Shown here piece after piece: positions 63,233 to 64,000 of a DNA stretch of 64,000 nt. The DNA lies in the NCBI GenBank assembly GCA_025360125.1, contig JANYCU010000012.1, forward strand, positions 25,445 through 89,444, in the 5' to 3' direction. Each line of letters opens with the position of its first letter. Position 1 is the first letter of the stretch. The notes below the pieces were generated by a model. The model had not been told where the DNA came from, searched no databases, and saw nothing but the letters and a program-made list of their open reading frames with translations. The stretch is from Armatimonadota bacterium. Its GTDB lineage: Bacteria > Armatimonadota > Fimbriimonadia > Fimbriimonadales > Fimbriimonadaceae. Position numbers and translations under genes: made by a program.

Positions 63233-63787
63233 ATGGCTGAGGATCGCGTAAGTCGTCGTTATGCAACTGCACTTTTCGAGTCTGCAAAGGCCGAAGATGT
63301 AGTCAGCAGTGTTGAATCTGACCTCGTCACGATTGAAAACCTGCTCGCAAATGACGGAGATTTTCGCGCATTCATCCTAAGCCCAAATCGCGATCGAACT
63401 GAAAAGATCGGTCTCTTCGACAAAGTCTTTAGCGACCGAGTCACGGCTCTCACCAGTCGTTTCGTCAAGCTCATGCTTGAGAAGCGGCGTGAAGAAGAGC
63501 TGCCGACCATTCGGGGCGACTTTAGTGAACTCCGACGAGCTGCCGAAGGCACCATCAGTGCCACCGTCACCAGCGCAATCGAACTCACCAAAGACGAGCG
63601 AAAGCAGATCGAAGACAACCTGAGCAAAAAGCTTGGCAAAAAGCTCGAAACTCAATATTTTGTAGATCCTAGTCTCATCGGCGGCGTCCGAGTAGCCTAT
63701 GGAGATTTTATTATCGACGGTAGCGTCCGCGGGTCTCTCACCAGACTCCGGGAATCGCTTCGACAAGACACCCTTAAACAGGCATAA
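63233..63787 (+). CDS. atpH: F-type ATP synthase subunit delta
   Basis: RYA.ALF..A, then C-terminal VDPSLIGGVRV..GD..IDGSV.G.L OSCP motif. Confidence 0.88.
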   Translation: MAEDRVSRRYATALFESAKAEDVVSSVESDLVTIENLLANDGDFRAFILSPNRDRTEKIGLFDKVFSDRVTALTSRFVKLMLEKRREEELPTIRGDFSELRRAAEGTISATVTSAIELTKDERKQIEDNLSKKLGKKLETQYFVDPSLIGGVRVAYGDFIIDGSVRGSLTRLRESLRQDTLKQA

Positions 63788-63792
63788 GACAA

Positions 63793-64000
63793 ATGGCCAT
63801 TCGACCAGAAGAAATTACCGACATCCTCCGACAACAACTCGAGCAGTTTGACAAATCTGCCAAAAAAGAGCACGTTGGAACCGTTATCCAAGTTGGAGAC
63901 GGCATTGCCCGTATTTACGGACTGCCAAACTGCCAAATGGGAGAAATTCTCGAATTTCCTCATGGCGTAGTTGGACTCGCGCTCAACTTGGAAGAAGAAT
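63793..64000 (+). CDS. atpA: F-type ATP synthase subunit alpha, N-terminal part; continues beyond the window
   Basis: MAIRPEEITDILRQQLEQF...GTVIQVGDGIARIYGL...GE.LEF is a canonical AtpA N-terminus. Confidence 0.95.
   Translation, partial: MAIRPEEITDILRQQLEQFDKSAKKEHVGTVIQVGDGIARIYGLPNCQMGEILEFPHGVVGLALNLEEE

Overview
The window is about 85-90% coding bacterial chromosome, mostly housekeeping genes, with one clear accessory segment. No rRNA, tRNA, CRISPR array, transposase or integrase was recognised.

Core content, in order:
- D-aminoacylase fragment, ATL-type alkyltransferase-like protein, and groES-groEL with a CIRCE-like operator.
- Two tandem paralogous secreted EF-hand proteins and a TlpA-like thioredoxin.
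- An isolated nuoE-nuoF pair, a MacB/FtsX permease and several hydrolases.
- A tightly coupled 12-gene type II secretion / type IV pilus-like operon: gspE, gspF, gspG, four minor pseudopilins, PilM/N-, PilO- and PilP-like genes, a secretin, and an LTXXQ periplasmic protein.
- mnmG, a GH127 glycosidase and an EVE-domain protein.
- After the accessory segment: a DUF2723/TPR membrane protein, a MocR regulator, a futalosine-pathway radical SAM enzyme, topA, ispDF, and the start of the F-type ATP synthase operon (atpZ-I-B-E-F-H-A').

Accessory segment (~36.95-44.55 kb):
- It holds heptamer repeats, an unknown ORF, and a PEP-CTERM gene remnant.
- It also holds a ~5.8 kb AT-richer island bracketed by an imperfect direct repeat. 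The repeat is built from the 5' end of the DUF2723 gene.
- The island carries a DUF433/DUF5615 toxin-antitoxin-like pair, about 950 bp of non-coding debris, and a Cys-rich membrane protein.
- It also carries a frameshifted gamma-class N6-adenine DNA methyltransferase translationally coupled to a 178-aa protein with no recognisable domain. This pair is the best candidate here for an undescribed (defence-like) module.

Other second-look items:
- A triplicated hairpin element in a 507-bp intergenic region, possibly paralogous sRNAs.
- RGG/FGG low-complexity inserts in the secretin and its neighbours.
- Apparently leaderless EF-hand paralogs.
- A natural His-tail on GroEL.

Lineage cannot be determined without a search. 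The gene content (futalosine pathway, zinc-less TopA, PEP-CTERM remnant, weak Shine-Dalgarno usage) suggests a non-proteobacterial diderm. All calls rest on motif recognition by eye; no database search was run.
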